Assembly (NCBI GenBank): GCA_023265135.1
Contig: JAHFUM010000009.1
Coordinates: forward strand, 1-32,000
Direction of reading: 5' to 3'
Source: Nitrosarchaeum sp.
GTDB taxonomy: Archaea > Thermoproteota > Nitrososphaeria > Nitrososphaerales > Nitrosopumilaceae
Length of the DNA: 32,000 bases
Positions 1 through 9,686 of the stretch are shown here, piece after piece. A program made the position numbers and the translations under genes. The number at the start of each line of letters is the position of its first letter. Positions within the stretch are counted from its first letter, which is position 1. The notes beneath the pieces were generated by a model. That model was not told the DNA's origin and did no database searches. It saw only the letters and a program-made list of their open reading frames with translations.

Positions 1-2520
1 ATAAATCGAAGAATATTGTGGGAAGTTTGTATCAAACCATTTTTTGTAATTTGGTTCTTTGTTGTATCGGTCAACATATGAGTGGGGATCTTTTGTTGGG
101 TCAACAAATGAGGCCAATCCCAAACCATGAGAAGGTTCTGGGGCTGGTTCTGGTTCTGGTGTTGGGGCTGGTTCTGGTTCTGGAGATGGTTTATTCAAAA
201 CATCATTTACTGTAATTGTAATTGATTGCCTATCAGTCAAAGCACCCGTAGTTACAACTATATCAAATACATATGGTGTTCCACCCTGTAAATCAGTTGG
301 AGACCAGGTAAACAAACCAGTGTTTGCATTTATTTTTGCACCTGCTGGCGGATTTTTGTCTAAACTAAAAACTAGACCAACTAATGAGTTATCATTTACC
401 TTGACAACAAATGACAAAGGCTTTCCTTCATCAATAGATATCTTACCTAATGGAGTCATTTTAAGAGTGGTCATAGGGATTGCGCTAGCTTCGTTAGATC
501 CACCACTTGTACCAGCAGAGTTTATCGCATAAACTTTGTAAGTATATTTTGAGTTTGCAATAAGATTAGTATGAGAATATGATGTTGCAGTACTGTTTGT
601 ATTGTCTATCAATGTGGAATTAGAACCAGTATCTTTTCTAAATTCAATTTTGTAACCGGTGATTGGAGAGTTTCCATCAGAGCCGGGCGTACCCCAAGAT
701 AAATTAATTTGAGTTGCAGAAATACTCGTTGCATTTAATTTTAGTGGTGCTGTAGGAATTGTGATTGTTTGTACAGTAGAAGACGATGGAATGTATGGTA
801 CATCAACTGAATTTGTTCGAGGAGTGGCAGATGCAGTGTTTGATGGTCCAGTAGCACCATATCCAATAGTTGCTGAAACTACAAATGAATATGTCTTGTC
901 AGTAGTCAGACTACTTACAGTGTAACTGGTGGTTTTACTATTGGTGGTACCTACAGTATCATAAACTTTAGGTCCGTATACTTGTTCAACATTATATCCT
1001 GCAATTGATTGACCAAATGTGTTAGATGGTGGGAACCATGAAAGTCTAATTTGTGTAGGAGATATTGCAGTTGCTGTTAATCCTCCAGGAACTGTTGTTT
1101 CAGCAGGTTTTACAGATGAGCTTGATGACGGGGTACCAGTTCCCTTTGAATTTACTGCAGATACCTGATAGGTGTAAGTTTTACTAGAGTCAAGACCTTC
1201 GTGGATAAATGATGTTACTTTACTTTTGGTATCCGCAGTTATAGTCGTATAACTGGCAGAACCAATCGTGTATTCTATTTTGTAGCCTGTTACGGGAGGC
1301 ACATCGCTGCTAAGGGTGGGTTCTTCCCAAGTAAGAACAACAGATGTTTGGGAAATAGGAGATGTTTTAAGATTTTTCGGAGAGTCTGGAGTAAGTGAAC
1401 CAGATGAAGACGAAGAAGATATTGAAAATGCCTGTAGTCTGTGATTTCCCGTGTCTGCAACATATAGCAAATTATTTGTTTTGTCTAATGCAAGTCCTGA
1501 TGGAGAATTGAATTTGCCATCAGTTGTACCAGAAGAGCCAAATTTTTCTGTGAAACATACACCGTCTGCTATCTTGTTGGTAGCACTTGGACATGTGATA
1601 CCTGTAACTAGTTTGAATGTTTGGATTCGATTGTTATCAGTGTCTGCAACATATAGCAAATTATTTGTTTTGTCTAATGCAAGTCCTGATGGAGAATTGA
1701 ATTTGCCATCAGTTGTACCAGAGAATCCAAATTTTTTTACAAAACAAACTCCATCGGTTACCTTACTAGTATCAATTGGACAAGAAGTGCCAGTAACCAA
1801 TTTGAATATTATGATTCTATCATTACCTGTATCTGAAACATAAAGAGTTTCGTCACTATTATCAATTATCATACTAGACGGGTTGTTAAACGAATCATTT
1901 CCATCAAATAAATGAAAATTAAATAGAAATTTTCCTACAGAATCAAAGACAGATACAGAATCAGTGTCATCACTGGATACATAAATTTTTTTTGAAGAAC
2001 TTTGTATTGCAATTCCTTGTGCAGATCCAAGAAAATCAGATTTAGAATTATCCGACGAACCAAATTTAAAAGAAAATTTTCCATCAGCACCATCAAATCG
2101 TTGAATGCGTTCATTACCAGAATCAACTACAAACAAGTTTCCCAATGAATCTAAAACTCCGCTAGATGGGCTATTGAATTGACCATCACCGTTACTACTT
2201 GCCCCATTTGCACTATGGTTACAATTTTGAACGGAACTCATATCACAAAACGAACCAAATTTGAAATCATAATCTCCATTTTTATAAAACACGACAATTC
2301 TATGATTATCAGTATCTACAGTATATACGATATTCCCATTACTACCCAAAATTACATCATTTGGGTTTTTTAGCTGATTATTGGCAGTTCCAAGAGAGCC
2401 AATTTTAAAAGAAAAAGCAGGCTCAGCATGTGCCATTTGTGAAGAGGCAACACCAACTAACAACAGTAAACTAATGCACAAACTAAGAGAGAGTTTTCTA
2501 TTCAAAGTACAAGTATTCAA
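1..2520 (-). CDS. Secreted multidomain surface protein, partial (C-terminus lies beyond the left window edge). Order: signal peptide, NHL-repeat beta-propeller, Ser linker, about 4 fibronectin-III-like modules, Ig/cadherin-like module, PEPEPAP linker, conserved C-terminal module
   Basis: I read all 840 minus-strand codons ending at position 1 and found no stop until TAA at 2523-2521. It is absent from the track because it has no stop inside the window. The N-terminus (TTG at 2520, or TTG at 2505) gives MNRKLSLSLCISLLLLVGVASSQMAHA/EP, which is signal-peptide-like. Repeated units such as GxGxFNSPSGxAxDxxxNLxYVxDTxNxRIQxF are NHL repeats. Units such as P..L.....S.T.I.LSW..P...G..ITGYKIEY are FN3-like. 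PEPEPAPTPEPEPAPEP is at 125-175. An AT-rich TATA-like box (2543-2557) lies about 25-35 nt upstream of 2520. Confidence 0.8.
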   Translation of the reverse strand, partial: MNTCTLNRKLSLSLCISLLLLVGVASSQMAHAEPAFSFKIGSLGTANNQLKNPNDVILGSNGNIVYTVDTDNHRIVVFYKNGDYDFKFGSFCDMSSVQNCNHSANGASSNGDGQFNSPSSGVLDSLGNLFVVDSGNERIQRFDGADGKFSFKFGSSDNSKSDFLGSAQGIAIQSSSKKIYVSSDDTDSVSVFDSVGKFLFNFHLFDGNDSFNNPSSMIIDNSDETLYVSDTGNDRIIIFKLVTGTSCPIDTSKVTDGVCFVKKFGFSGTTDGKFNSPSGLALDKTNNLLYVADTDNNRIQTFKLVTGITCPSATNKIADGVCFTEKFGSSGTTDGKFNSPSGLALDKTNNLLYVADTGNHRLQAFSISSSSSSGSLTPDSPKNLKTSPISQTSVVLTWEEPTLSSDVPPVTGYKIEYTIGSASYTTITADTKSKVTSFIHEGLDSSKTYTYQVSAVNSKGTGTPSSSSSVKPAETTVPGGLTATAISPTQIRLSWFPPSNTFGQSIAGYNVEQVYGPKVYDTVGTTNSKTTSYTVSSLTTDKTYSFVVSATIGYGATGPSNTASATPRTNSVDVPYIPSSSTVQTITIPTAPLKLNATSISATQINLSWGTPGSDGNSPITGYKIEFRKDTGSNSTLIDNTNSTATSYSHTNLIANSKYTYKVYAINSAGTSGGSNEASAIPMTTLKMTPLGKISIDEGKPLSFVVKVNDNSLVGLVFSLDKNPPAGAKINANTGLFTWSPTDLQGGTPYVFDIVVTTGALTDRQSITITVNDVLNKPSPEPEPAPTPEPEPAPEPSHGLGLASFVDPTKDPHSYVDRYNKEPNYKKWFDTNFPQYSSIY
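1451..1722. repeat. Direct repeat inside the NHL gene: 83 bp identical at 1451-1533 and 1640-1722 (period 189 bp = 63 codons)
   Basis: Base-by-base comparison shows both copies read gtgtctgcaacatatagcaaattatttgttttgtctaatgcaagtcctgatggagaattgaatttgccatcagttgtaccaga. The flanks of the two NHL blades are clearly diverged. Confidence 0.95.
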
Positions 2521-2675
2521 TTAATCTTTAATTTAATAAGTGAGATAATAAATTTCACTACCCATTTGATCAACTGAGATTAACATTTGACGTCAGTGAT
2601 TTTTTAAATAATGAAGCGCCGTAGATGCACTTACATTTGAATAAATATGAATTTCATTTGGAAATTAGAAGAGAG

Positions 2676-3656
2676 TCATTCCTGTTTTTGAGGCTTTGGT
2701 TTTTTTAGTAATGACCCCACAATTACCGTTACCAAAATTACAAAGACGATTATCAATGAGGTCACAGTTGGGATAGGATAAAGTTCAGAAATGATCATTT
2801 TTGTGCCAATAAATAGCAGCAAAACAATCAATCCAGGTTTTAGGTAATGGAATTTTTCCATCATGCCTCCAATTAAAAAGTATAGTGCTCTCAAACCTAA
2901 AATTGCAAATACATTTGAGGTAATCACTATAAATGGATCCCTAGTTATTGCCAATACAGCTGGAATAGAGTCCATTGCAAATACCAAATCAGTTAACTCA
3001 ATTATTGCAAGACCAACTAGTAACGGGGTAGCATGTATTACTCCATTGATTGGAACAATGAACTTGTTTCCAACCAGACTGAGATTTACAGGCAAGAATT
3101 TTCTTAGAAATCTGACTGCAAGATTCTTTTCTAATTCAATTTTCTTTTCTTCTTTTTGAATGATCATTCTAATTGAAGTATACCAAAGCAATCCTCCAAA
3201 AATATAGATCATCCAATGAAAATTCTCCAGTAATGAAGCCCCAATTATAATTAATACAATTCTCATTGCAATTGCACTCAGGATTCCAAATGAGAGAACT
3301 CTGTGTTGATATTTATGCGGGATTCCTAATGTAGTAAACACCAACAAAAACACAAACATGTTATCTACGCTGAGGGATTTTTCAAGTGAATAGCCAGTAA
3401 CAAATTCAATCATCTTGTCATTGCCTAATGTGAAATAGATTACAACAGCAAACACACCGGCAAGAGAAATCCATGTGAGTGTCCAACCAAACGCCTCTTT
3501 GCTAGACATTACATGTTCTATTTCTGGTTGCAGTGTTTTGCTTAGTTTCCTTTTAATTTTGTGGAATAAACCAAGATCAATTGCAATCGTTACTGACAAA
3601 ATTAGAAAAAAGAGAACCCAGAGATCTAAAGTGATTACGCCTGACTCCATTGGCAA
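2676..3656 (-). CDS. TerC-family integral membrane protein
   Basis: 326-aa polytopic membrane ORF. It has the TerC hallmarks SLSVDNMFVFLLVF and ELTDLVFAMDSIPAVLAITRDPFIVITSNVFAILGLRALYF. Confidence 0.85.
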   Translation of the reverse strand: MPMESGVITLDLWVLFFLILSVTIAIDLGLFHKIKRKLSKTLQPEIEHVMSSKEAFGWTLTWISLAGVFAVVIYFTLGNDKMIEFVTGYSLEKSLSVDNMFVFLLVFTTLGIPHKYQHRVLSFGILSAIAMRIVLIIIGASLLENFHWMIYIFGGLLWYTSIRMIIQKEEKKIELEKNLAVRFLRKFLPVNLSLVGNKFIVPINGVIHATPLLVGLAIIELTDLVFAMDSIPAVLAITRDPFIVITSNVFAILGLRALYFLIGGMMEKFHYLKPGLIVLLLFIGTKMIISELYPIPTVTSLIIVFVILVTVIVGSLLKKPKPQKQE

Positions 3657-3739
3657 ATTGATTCAATTCAAGTACGTTATGATTATAAATCAATCTTGAA
3701 ATTTAGCGAGGTGTGAGATTTTTCAGACTTGAAATATAT

Positions 3740-4303
3740 CTAATGGGTATCTTTTGCCCAACCTCTTTGAATCAATTGAGCTTTTGTTTCTGATTTTACG
3801 CAGGATGGTGAACCATTGCTGTTTTTCATTACTAATACAAGTGTAGATTTACATGAAACCAATTCAGATTTTACACCACTTTTGAATTGTTTCAAAGGAG
3901 ATAAGATAATTCCATTATTGATTTTAGATATGCTGATTTTGGCAACATAATATTTTGATATGTCCTTTGCAGTTACAGGATAAGGTAAAACATCAATTAG
4001 ATGAATTTGATATGAATCCACATATGAAGTTGAATTTTCGTCTGTTGTCAGGATTATAGTATCAGATTGAGTCTGGTTTTGAATAACAAGTGTAACTGAA
4101 GCTCGTCCTGCCCAAACACAGGTCACATCAGAAGGACATCTTAAATCTTCTACTCTAGAAAACACTAGATCATGATTATCAAAATACGCTGTTTGATTAA
4201 GGGTTATTAGAAAAGGCTCATCAAGTATTATTTCGTCAGATTCTAATGCAAAAGACACTCCTATTGTTCCAATCAAAATCAAGAGAATTAGGAGATATTT
4301 CAT
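3740..4303 (-). CDS. Exported hypothetical protein (N-terminal signal peptide)
   Basis: MKYLLILLILIGTIGVSFA is a signal-like N-terminus. The rest is hydrophilic and Cys-containing, with a C-terminal ...SPSCVKSETKAQLIQRGWA module. No family was recognised with certainty. Confidence 0.6.
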   Translation of the reverse strand: MKYLLILLILIGTIGVSFALESDEIILDEPFLITLNQTAYFDNHDLVFSRVEDLRCPSDVTCVWAGRASVTLVIQNQTQSDTIILTTDENSTSYVDSYQIHLIDVLPYPVTAKDISKYYVAKISISKINNGIILSPLKQFKSGVKSELVSCKSTLVLVMKNSNGSPSCVKSETKAQLIQRGWAKDTH

Positions 4304-4552
4304 AATTAAATAAATTAAAGAATTAGAAGTTGATAAGATCTTCTAATCTTTTTTGTAAATAGACAGTATGAGGTAATGGTCGAGAAAACCTAAACCGTCT
4401 ACGAAAAAGATTCTTTAAATTAGAATAAAAGACTCGCGTAGAAATTATCAGTATGAACTAAACACTATTTTGCAAAATAGGCAGTAGTTTAGGCAGTATT
4501 TGGATAGATAAATTTTAGAAATTTTAAAATTCAACAATAAATAACAGACAAC

Positions 4553-4837
4553 ATGATCCAAAAAGAAGAATTAGAACACATTTTAAATTTTGTAGCAAAA
4601 AGATGGGTGGATATTACAAAAGATCCAAATAGCAAAGTCATGGAAATGTTGCCTAGTAATTTTTGGATGAATTCTGTCGGCGGAAAAGCAGGAAAAGGCA
4701 AATGGATAACTGCGTTGATGTATACAGAAAATGAGGCAGACGCGAATGCTTTCAAAGAGGTTCTACTAAGGTGGCAGACAAAAGGATTGGAGAAAAACAA
4801 TGCCCCCGATCTAATACAAATTGGAAAAAAGAAATAG
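4553..4837 (+). CDS. Hypothetical small protein (94 aa)
   Basis: ATG ORF with balanced, soluble-looking composition. The overlapping minus ORF 4531-4800 is hydrophobic and low-complexity, typical of antisense noise. No family was recognised. Confidence 0.4.
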   Translation: MIQKEELEHILNFVAKRWVDITKDPNSKVMEMLPSNFWMNSVGGKAGKGKWITALMYTENEADANAFKEVLLRWQTKGLEKNNAPDLIQIGKKK

Positions 4838-4869
4838 ACTATTAATAATTGTAAAACTGGACAAACTTA

Positions 4870-6486
4870 TTGTCAGAATTTTCAATTGAAGAAGAAAAAA
4901 TTCTCTCCAACCATTTTTCAAATACAGATGGAAATGTCTTTGCAATAACTACGCCAAGACAAGTTGATCGTGGTGCATTGATGTCAAGATACAGCAGGAC
5001 TGACAAGAGTATGAGGAGAATATTTTTGGACGAATTTCTCCAAAATGAGAATAGAGGCGAGGAATTTTACAATCGTGTACTTTTAGAATATGGCGATGAT
5101 TCAGTTGCTGAATTGGGAGAAGCACAAATAGCAATTGAGGGACTGTCAAACATTGCTGTCAAAAAAATTGAAGATAGAAGAATAGGACTATCATATTTAG
5201 AAAAATCATCAAGGTACGTAGCATGGAATAAAAAAGTAAACGGAGAATACAGATTCTATCGAGAACCAACATTGATGAAATCAAAATTCAGTGATTTGTA
5301 TTTAGAGACTTGCAATTTTTCATTTGACGTGTATTCAAAAAACATAGAACCAATGATAAATTACATACGAGAAAAATATCCTATTGAAAAATACACTTTC
5401 AAAAATTCAAAAGATGGAACTGAAAAACCATTTTCAGAACTAAAAGAAGACAAGGATATCAAATCTGCAAATATGATTTACAATGGTTCTACAAAGGCAA
5501 AAGCTTTGGATATTCTTCGTGGACTGTTACCGGCATCGACATTAACTAATGTGGGAATTACAGGAAACGGACGTGCTTTTGAATATCTCCTAACAATACT
5601 TGCTTCATCAGAACTTGAAGAAGAACGGAATTTAGCCTCAAAAATTAAGAAAGAGCTTGATACTACTATCAAGGCTTTTGTGAGAAGAGCAGATGACAAA
5701 TACGGAAAAGCATTCCAAGATTATCTAAAAAAGGTCAAAAAAACATCAAGAATAATAACTAAAGAGATAAAACCAAAAATAATTTCAGGAGTCATAACAC
5801 AATTAGTTGAATATGAATCAGAAAAAACAGCTATAGATAAAATCATCACTAGTGTTATCTACGAACAGTCTCACAGCACATCTTATAACATGATAATGCA
5901 GCAGATAAAAAAATTATCCAATAAAAAGAAAATACAGATAATCAACAAATTTGCAAATCTTCGTAAAAATAGACGGCATAGACCATCAAGAGCATTTGAA
6001 AATGTGTATTATACATTTGACTTGCTCAATAATTTTGGGATGTTTAGAGATTTTCATAGGCATAGAGCACTAACATTAGAAAGACAGTTACTTACTACAG
6101 ATCATGGATATACCATTCCAGTTGAAATCAAAATTTTGGGAATTGAAAAAGACTATGTAGAATGCATGAAAAAAACAAAACAAACATTTGATAAAATTAG
6201 AATCAAACATCCAGAGCAAGGACAGTATGTAGTAAACTTTGCCTATAATTATCCATATTTTATGAAATTTAATCTTAGAGAAGCATGTCATTTAATAGAA
6301 TTACGAACAGTTCCACAAGGACACATAGATTATAGACGTGTTGCACAACAAATGTTCAAAGAGGTCAACAGAGTGCATCCCAATTTGAGTAAAATTATAA
6401 AATTCGTGGATTTAAAAGAGTATGATTTAGAAAGATTCGAATCAGAAAAAAGAATAGAAGAAAAGAGAAAGAACCTTAAAAGATAG
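4870..6486 (+). CDS. thyX: FAD-dependent thymidylate synthase, long (about 540 aa) ThyX form
   Basis: TTG start. The N-half has ...[16 protein letters not shown] and [15 protein letters not shown], which resembles the ThyX RHRxxSxxxxSxRY motif. The C-half has [15 protein letters not shown] and [18 protein letters not shown], which resemble the ThyX RHR and LRxxxxAQxEIR regions. The size and N-terminus resemble the long ThyX proteins known from Chlamydia. Confidence 0.75.
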   Translation: MSEFSIEEEKILSNHFSNTDGNVFAITTPRQVDRGALMSRYSRTDKSMRRIFLDEFLQNENRGEEFYNRVLLEYGDDSVAELGEAQIAIEGLSNIAVKKIEDRRIGLSYLEKSSRYVAWNKKVNGEYRFYREPTLMKSKFSDLYLETCNFSFDVYSKNIEPMINYIREKYPIEKYTFKNSKDGTEKPFSELKEDKDIKSANMIYNGSTKAKALDILRGLLPASTLTNVGITGNGRAFEYLLTILASSELEEERNLASKIKKELDTTIKAFVRRADDKYGKAFQDYLKKVKKTSRIITKEIKPKIISGVITQLVEYESEKTAIDKIITSVIYEQSHSTSYNMIMQQIKKLSNKKKIQIINKFANLRKNRRHRPSRAFENVYYTFDLLNNFGMFRDFHRHRALTLERQLLTTDHGYTIPVEIKILGIEKDYVECMKKTKQTFDKIRIKHPEQGQYVVNFAYNYPYFMKFNLREACHLIELRTVPQGHIDYRRVAQQMFKEVNRVHPNLSKIIKFVDLKEYDLERFESEKRIEEKRKNLKR

Positions 6487-6521
6487 AAAATATTCTAATA
6501 TTATTAAAAAGAGATCATATT

Positions 6522-6923
6522 ATGACAGACAGAATTGTAAAAACACCCAAAGAATGGAAAGAAGTATTGACACCTGACCAATTTGAGGTGTGCTTCAATA
6601 AAGGAACTGAACCACCATTTACTGGAAAATATCACAATAGTAAAGAAAAAGGCACTTACAAGTGCATTTGTTGTGGGGAATCACTATTCAAATCAGATAC
6701 AAAATACGATTCAGGCTCTGGGTGGCCAAGTTTTTGGCAACCTCTTTCAGAAGAAAAAATTGAATATATATCTGACACAGCCTACGGAATGATTCGCACA
6801 GAGGTAAACTGTAAGAAATGTGGTGCACATTTGGGGCATGTTTTTGATGATGGGCCAAAACCGACCAACCTCAGATATTGTATTAACTCAATTTCATTAG
6901 ATCTTGATAAGAATGACAAATGA
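6522..6923 (+). CDS. msrB: Peptide-methionine (R)-S-oxide reductase
   Basis: GTEPPFTGKY, the zinc pairs CxxC (CICCG, CKKCG), GWPSF and HLGHVFDDGP...RYCINS are the canonical MsrB/SelR signature. Confidence 0.95.
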   Translation: MTDRIVKTPKEWKEVLTPDQFEVCFNKGTEPPFTGKYHNSKEKGTYKCICCGESLFKSDTKYDSGSGWPSFWQPLSEEKIEYISDTAYGMIRTEVNCKKCGAHLGHVFDDGPKPTNLRYCINSISLDLDKNDK

Positions 6924-7059
6924 AATGTCAGTAATTGTATCTTTTGAGCGATGTTATTTCAAAGAACATTCAAAAATTATTAATAAAACACAATCAATGG
7001 TAAGAAAATCAAAGAAGAAAAATGAATCACAATAACAAATTAGAAAGGATAGAAGGAAT

Positions 7060-8070
7060 TTGAGAATAATACTTTGTGGGTTTGGCGTTGTAGGTCAAAG
7101 CTTGGTAAAATTATTTGAGTCAAGATCAGAGGATCTTTATGCAGAATATGGACTTAAACCACGAATTGTAGGAGTCTTTGATAGTAAAGGAAGTGCTGTA
7201 GATAAGTCGGGATTAAAATTAGATAGACTAATAGAAGTAAAGAAAAAATTTGGCACTGTAAAAAATTATGCTAACACAAAAAATAACATGTCAGGGATAG
7301 ACATGATCAAGAATTTAGATGCAGATGTAGTAATTGAAACTACAGCAAGCAATTACAAAGATGCTGAACCGGGAATGACTCACATAACAACTGCAATGAA
7401 AAGAGGAATGCATGTGATATCAGTAAACAAAGGTCCATTAGCATTGGCATTTCCATCATTATTGGAACTGGCAACTTATAATCAAGTGATTTTCAAATTT
7501 AGTGGAACTGTGGGGGGAGGAACTCCAATTTTAGATTATGCAAAAAATAGCCTCAGGGGAGAAAGGATCATATCTTTTTCAGGCATATTAAATGGTACAA
7601 CAAATTATATTTTAACAAATATGGCAAATGGATTGTCATTTGATTTTGCTTTAAAAGATGCAAAAGACAAAGGATATGTTGAAGCAGATGAATCGCTAGA
7701 TTTGGATGGATTAGATGCTGCTGCAAAATTAGTGATTCTTGCAAATTGGATTATGGATATGAAAGTGACAATGCCAGATATTAATTGCAAGGGAATTCGT
7801 AATGTAACAACAGATGATATTAAAAAAGCAAAGAAAAATAATTGCGCAATAAAATTGATTGCTGCATGCAATAAAGATCTCACAGTAGAACCAAAGGAAG
7901 TATCTGTAGATGATCCATTGTGTGTCAATGGAACATTAAACGCAATAGCATTTACATCAGAACATTCTGGCACTCAAACAATTATTGGAAAGGGAGCAGG
8001 TGGAATGGAAACAGCAAGTTCCATTCTCAGAGACTTGTTAGACATAAGACAAGAGATAGCAAAAATTTGA
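7060..8070 (+). CDS. hom: Homoserine dehydrogenase
   Basis: TTG start directly before the Rossmann motif (M)RIILCGFGVVGQ. GILNGTTNYILTNM and KGYVEADESLDLDGLDAAAKLVILAN are classic Hom motifs. Confidence 0.9.
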   Translation: MRIILCGFGVVGQSLVKLFESRSEDLYAEYGLKPRIVGVFDSKGSAVDKSGLKLDRLIEVKKKFGTVKNYANTKNNMSGIDMIKNLDADVVIETTASNYKDAEPGMTHITTAMKRGMHVISVNKGPLALAFPSLLELATYNQVIFKFSGTVGGGTPILDYAKNSLRGERIISFSGILNGTTNYILTNMANGLSFDFALKDAKDKGYVEADESLDLDGLDAAAKLVILANWIMDMKVTMPDINCKGIRNVTTDDIKKAKKNNCAIKLIAACNKDLTVEPKEVSVDDPLCVNGTLNAIAFTSEHSGTQTIIGKGAGGMETASSILRDLLDIRQEIAKI

Positions 8071-8543
8071 AATCTAATTTAATCTCAAAAAGTGAAACAA
8101 GTATACTGCTAAAAACAGTTTCAGAAAAGTGGAGGATGGAATTTCCAAAAATTAAAAACCTAAAAGTACATGAGATTGCAGACGATGCGCAAATAATCAC
8201 AGGTCAAGGAATAAAGATTTTAAAATTCAATGATGAGTATTTACCATTTTTATCAGAAATAAAGATGCTTGAAAAATTCCCTCATGTAACTGTAGATATG
8301 GGAGCAGTCAAATTCATGTGCAAGGGAGCAAATGTGATGAGACCTGGAATTAAAAGTCATAATGAATTTGAAAAGGAAAAAATAGTTTGTGTCATTGAGG
8401 AATCACAACATAAATTTCTTGCAGTTGGAAAATCTCTTGTTTCAAGTTCAGAATTAGAAAGTATGGAAAAAGGAGAAGTTATAAAAAATATGCATTACAT
8501 TTCAGACAAATTTTGGGAGATCGGAAAAACAATTCATGATTAA
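8067..8543 (+). CDS. PUA-domain RNA-binding protein
   Basis: The C-terminal part, VDMGAVKFMCKGANVMRPGI...IVCVIEESQHKFLAVGKSLVSSSELESMEKGEVIKNMHYISDKFW, is a PUA domain. The track ORF (7920-8543) runs 147 nt into hom. I place the start at TTG 8067, which overlaps the hom TGA (tTTGA); ATG 8136 is the alternative. Confidence 0.75.
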   Translation: MKSNLISKSETSILLKTVSEKWRMEFPKIKNLKVHEIADDAQIITGQGIKILKFNDEYLPFLSEIKMLEKFPHVTVDMGAVKFMCKGANVMRPGIKSHNEFEKEKIVCVIEESQHKFLAVGKSLVSSSELESMEKGEVIKNMHYISDKFWEIGKTIHD

Positions 8544-9008
8544 CTTAGTTTGAATAATTGTTGATTGGAAAATTCAATAGAATATCCTATATTGCTAAAA
8601 TCTATGCAGGTAAATGATCAAATTCTCTAAAGATCTATGTGAAACCATTTCTCTTTTCAAATGTCATCCTGAATAGTGATATGAAATTTAGTTTAAAGTA
8701 AAATTATCTAGATTCAATTTGGGATATTAGAGTACGTGTTACGGATAACTCGTGAGCAATGTGAATAATTGCAGTTGCAATTCAAATACAGTTTGTTTGT
8801 TTCATTATGCATTGATTCACCCAGATTCTGTAAAACCCCATGCAAATTACTATTTGAAAGGATCAAAACATCTTAGTTAAATCCTCCAGAAAATTTATTT
8901 AAAAAAATCTCATTTTTCTGAGTTAAAATTTTGGACGACTCACTCATCTTAAAATCACGAAAGAAATGTCATATGTTGAACTGAATGTGAAAGTAGGATT
9001 AGTTTACC

Positions 9009-9602
9009 CTAAATTTTTTCCGTGTATTCTTTTGTGCCATCTTTAGTGATGACAAGAATATCAAGTCCGTCACCACTTGCAGAATCTCTAAGTGCGGCGG
9101 AACGAACAGCCCTTTTTGCTAAATCTATTGCAGCTTCTTGAGTCATGTTTGGTTTGAATTGAGGATCTAAAACACCTAATGCCATTTCAGCGCCAGTTCC
9201 AACTGCAGCATATTCATCGGGAAGAACAGAACCTAATGGATCAAGAGTGTATAAAATAGGTTGGTCAACTACACCTCCAACAATGACCTGAGTCAACAAT
9301 GGAAAATATCTTCTTTCATACATCATATTTGACATCATTTTAGCTACAGTATTTGGTGGAACATCTCTTTTCAGTTCCATTTTTCTAATTTTTGCAAGCG
9401 CTGCAATTTGCAATGTTAAAATTTGCATATCAGCTACAAGACCAGCGCATGCTGCGCCCACTTTTGAAGTGATTGAAAAAGTCTTTTTTGTAGATTTGCT
9501 TACAAGGAAATTTCCAAATGCGATCCTTTTTTCACTTGCAAGAACTATTCCACCATTAAATGTAATTCCTACAGCCGTTGCTCCTGGCATGTACATTGAC
9601 AT
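9009..9602 (-). CDS. psmB: 20S proteasome beta subunit
   Basis: MSMYMPGA/TAVGITFNGGIVLASEKR... is a short propeptide followed by the catalytic Thr, with the Ntn-hydrolase beta-subunit pattern throughout. The track ORF begins at TTG 9653; ATG 9602 gives a normal-length propeptide. Confidence 0.9.
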   Translation of the reverse strand: MSMYMPGATAVGITFNGGIVLASEKRIAFGNFLVSKSTKKTFSITSKVGAACAGLVADMQILTLQIAALAKIRKMELKRDVPPNTVAKMMSNMMYERRYFPLLTQVIVGGVVDQPILYTLDPLGSVLPDEYAAVGTGAEMALGVLDPQFKPNMTQEAAIDLAKRAVRSAALRDSASGDGLDILVITKDGTKEYTEKI

Positions 9603-9686
9603 ATGTAAAATGATTCCAGAGCATAATAAAGGGCTTTCTCCTTTCAGACACAAGAAATTTGATAAAATATTTTATACTGTAATAAT

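Noticed and set aside
1451-1843. 130-aa plus-strand ORF with an internal repeat (SATYSKLFVLSNASPDGELNLPSVVPE twice)
   Set aside because: It is antisense to the 840-codon NHL/FN3 ORF, and its repeat simply reflects the 83-bp NHL repeat on the other strand.
3657-3739. Possible Mn2+ (yybP-ykoY) riboswitch upstream of the TerC-family gene
   Set aside because: That association is bacterial. The 83-nt spacer is AT-rich with no recognisable four-way-junction or paired conserved segments.
4322-4354. 8-bp stem hairpin (attagaag/cttctaat) followed by T6, resembling a bacterial intrinsic terminator on the plus strand
   Set aside because: No plus-strand gene lies upstream to be terminated, since the neighbouring genes to the left are on the minus strand. 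It sits 19-50 nt upstream of the minus-strand start at 4303. It may be an operator or a chance structure, and I cannot support a call.
4531-4800. 89-aa minus-strand ORF antisense to 4553-4837
   Set aside because: Its hydrophobic, Phe/Ser/Leu-rich composition is typical of the antisense frame of an AT-rich gene. The plus ORF looks more protein-like, though neither is strongly supported.
7920-8066. N-terminal 49 codons of track ORF 7920-8543, overlapping hom by about 150 nt
   Set aside because: The overlap region translates to noise (MCQWNIKRNSIYIRTFWHSNNYWKG...). The PUA-protein homology starts near TTG 8067, which overlaps the hom stop.
9603-9653. 17-codon TTG-initiated extension of the proteasome beta ORF
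   Set aside because: ATG 9602 gives a short propeptide (MSMYMPGA) before the catalytic Thr, which is the normal archaeal arrangement. The extension is Cys/Leu-rich and not needed.
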